Source: a virus (lineage: Duplodnaviria; Caudoviricetes). Taken from it: a DNA stretch of 28,326 nt. The DNA lies in IMG/VR virus record IMGVR_UViG_3300044723_009834, positions 1 through 28,326 of that record. One strand, written 5' to 3'. Under the pieces are notes generated by a model, which was not told the origin of the DNA, searched no databases, and saw nothing but the letters and a program-made list of their open reading frames with translations. Positions 26,549 through 28,326 of the stretch are shown piece after piece. Every line of letters begins with the position of its first letter. Within the stretch, counting starts at the first letter, position 1. The translations under genes and the position numbers were made by a program.

Positions 26549-27866
26549 GAAAATTTTTGATAAAGAACTAGAAGGCAACATCATTGCTGCCATGATTATG
26601 GAAAGAGAATGTTTTGAAACAGCACAAGAAAAAGGAATAGCCCCCGATGATTTTGTGCACCCAGCATTTAGCAAGGCTTACAACATTATGTTTACAAATA
26701 ACATCAATGACTATGTGAGCATATCTTCTGCCATAGGTAATGAAATGCAGGCACAGGAAATTAAAGAAGAGGTGCTGGGCTTTATATCCTCAGCATCATT
26801 TAGTCACTGGCTTAAACTTCTGCTAATTAAATCAGCTCATAGAAAGTTGAATACTCTTGGGGATGAGATACCAAGGATTGTTCACGAAGAGGGCAGCATC
26901 GAAGAGAAGATTGACAGAGTCAACGCCAAGCTAATGGAAAACAAGATTACAAAAAACTTTGGCATTCCTAAATTAGCTAAAGATATTTCTCTTAACATTA
27001 TGGATGAGCTATCTCAATCGGGGGAAAGTAAAACAACCATCAAGACTGGATTTTCTAACGTGGATGACAAAATCCTAGGATTCAAGCCCGGTGATCTTAT
27101 TGTTATAGCTGGTAGACCCGCCATGGGTAAGACAACCTTTGCTATGAATGTTGCAACTAACAATGCACTGGCTGGTAAGAACGTGTTGGTATTTAGTTTA
27201 GAGATGACTAACGAGCAGCTACTTAAGAAAATTATTAGCTCAATCGCAGAGGTTCCCATGGACAACATTCTTAAAAACAGCATGGACGAAAACCAAACCA
27301 AGAAGTTTATAGATGCAATGCAGATGATTAACGAGACAAGCCTTTATCTTTTTGATAACGCACCCGTAACCATTGAAACATTAATCAACAAAACAAACTC
27401 ACTTGCTGTATCTAAAAAAATAGATTTAATTGTCGTGGATTATTTACAGCTACTCATGACATCATCGAAGGCTCCTACCAATAGCGACTCAAGGGCAGCT
27501 TCTATGACTTATATTTCCAATCTTCTGAAGGGGCTGGCGAAACAAGTTTCGTGCCCAATAATTGCTTTGTCTCAATTAAACCGTGGTGTTGAGGGTAGAA
27601 CCGATAAACGTCCGGTCCTTTCGGATCTTAGAGACTCAGGCTCCATAGAGCAGGACGCAGATATGGTAGCCATGCTTTACAGGGATGGGTATTACACAGA
27701 GAACCCGCACGACACAGCGTCTGAAATTATATTTAGAAAGAATAGATTAGGTGACATAGGTACATTTGGTTTATCATTCCAAGGTGAGATATCAAAGTTC
27801 TCTTCTACCTTAGATGAGATATTTGGAAGTACTAACAAAGTTAAAGACCTTTACGAGCAGATATGA
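26541..27866 (+). CDS. dnaB: Replicative DNA helicase
   Basis: AGRPAMGKT, FSLEM, VVDYLQL, ALSQLNR, DLRDSGSIEQDAD, KNRLG. Confidence 0.95.
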   Translation: MDKKIFDKELEGNIIAAMIMERECFETAQEKGIAPDDFVHPAFSKAYNIMFTNNINDYVSISSAIGNEMQAQEIKEEVLGFISSASFSHWLKLLLIKSAHRKLNTLGDEIPRIVHEEGSIEEKIDRVNAKLMENKITKNFGIPKLAKDISLNIMDELSQSGESKTTIKTGFSNVDDKILGFKPGDLIVIAGRPAMGKTTFAMNVATNNALAGKNVLVFSLEMTNEQLLKKIISSIAEVPMDNILKNSMDENQTKKFIDAMQMINETSLYLFDNAPVTIETLINKTNSLAVSKKIDLIVVDYLQLLMTSSKAPTNSDSRAASMTYISNLLKGLAKQVSCPIIALSQLNRGVEGRTDKRPVLSDLRDSGSIEQDADMVAMLYRDGYYTENPHDTASEIIFRKNRLGDIGTFGLSFQGEISKFSSTLDEIFGSTNKVKDLYEQI

Positions 27867-28198
27867 ACCAAGAAGAAAATTTTCACCAAATGCTTAGGGA
27901 TATTATTCCTAAGATTCAAGAAACAAGAATTAATGTTCTTAAAGCAGAAGCCAATCTTAAAAAAGTTTTTTGGATACAGCTTTGTATAGCCAAGGACGAC
28001 GGGGAAAGAAGTTACAACGCACAAAAATCTAAAGCCGAAGCATCAGAAGATTACTACTCAGCATCTATGGGTGTAGCAACAGCCAAGGCTAGTCTAGATG
28101 CATTGCAGACAGAGAAGGCTGCGATTGATATGCAGTTTGAGGAATGGCGTACCAAGATGGCTAACTTAAGAATGGAGCGATCTAGGTATGGTGCTTAA
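27863..28198 (+). CDS. Hypothetical coiled-coil protein
   Basis: 111-aa helical ORF, ATGA overlap with dnaB. Confidence 0.7.
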   Translation: MNQEENFHQMLRDIIPKIQETRINVLKAEANLKKVFWIQLCIAKDDGERSYNAQKSKAEASEDYYSASMGVATAKASLDALQTEKAAIDMQFEEWRTKMANLRMERSRYGA

Positions 28199-28326
28199 GG
28201 GTAAGGCACCAAACAAAGAAGAGAAAGCTTGGATGGACGCAATTGCAACCATGGGTTGCATAGTTTGCTGGGATCAGTTTGATACTTTTAGCCCAGCTGA
28301 AGTGCATCACATTGATGGTAAAACAA
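28188..28326 (+). CDS. Ref/DUF968-like HNH nuclease (3'-truncated)
   Basis: MVLKGKAPNKEEKAWMDAIATMGCIVCWDQFDTFSPAEVHHIDGKT: CxxC plus PAEVHH. Confidence 0.7.
   Translation, partial: MVLKGKAPNKEEKAWMDAIATMGCIVCWDQFDTFSPAEVHHIDGKT

Overview
AT-rich (roughly one-third GC) fragment of a temperate-looking tailed phage. The podovirus-like internal/ejection genes and low GC suggest a marine bacterial host (inference). The + strand block (1-21315) is late/virion. It holds a 5'-truncated tail fibre with 49 uninterrupted collagen Gly-X-Y triplets and a C-terminal S74 chaperone, then a four-gene modification cassette, two holin-like genes, tail proteins, a GNAT, several ejection proteins and a 2408-aa polyvalent protein. 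The - strand block (21394-25816) holds a short tyrosine recombinase, small regulators, a nuclease, a DUF1289 protein, an SSB-like protein, a YqaJ exonuclease and ERF. A + strand replication block (25901-end) holds an HTH initiator with iteron-like repeats, DnaB and a Ref-like HNH. Main candidate new system: a 612-aa protein fusing a COLGALT-like GT25 galactosyltransferase, a PLOD/LH3-like glucosyltransferase and a PLOD-like lysyl hydroxylase. That is the whole animal collagen Lys->Hyl->Gal-Hyl->Glc-Gal-Hyl pathway in one chain, encoded beside a collagen whose 10 lysines all sit in the X-Lys-Gly position. Second candidate: small +1-frame genes nested in GC-rich linkers of the giant polyvalent gene, directly after its enzyme-like domains (possible effector/immunity pairs). 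All family calls come from motif recognition by eye, not database searches.
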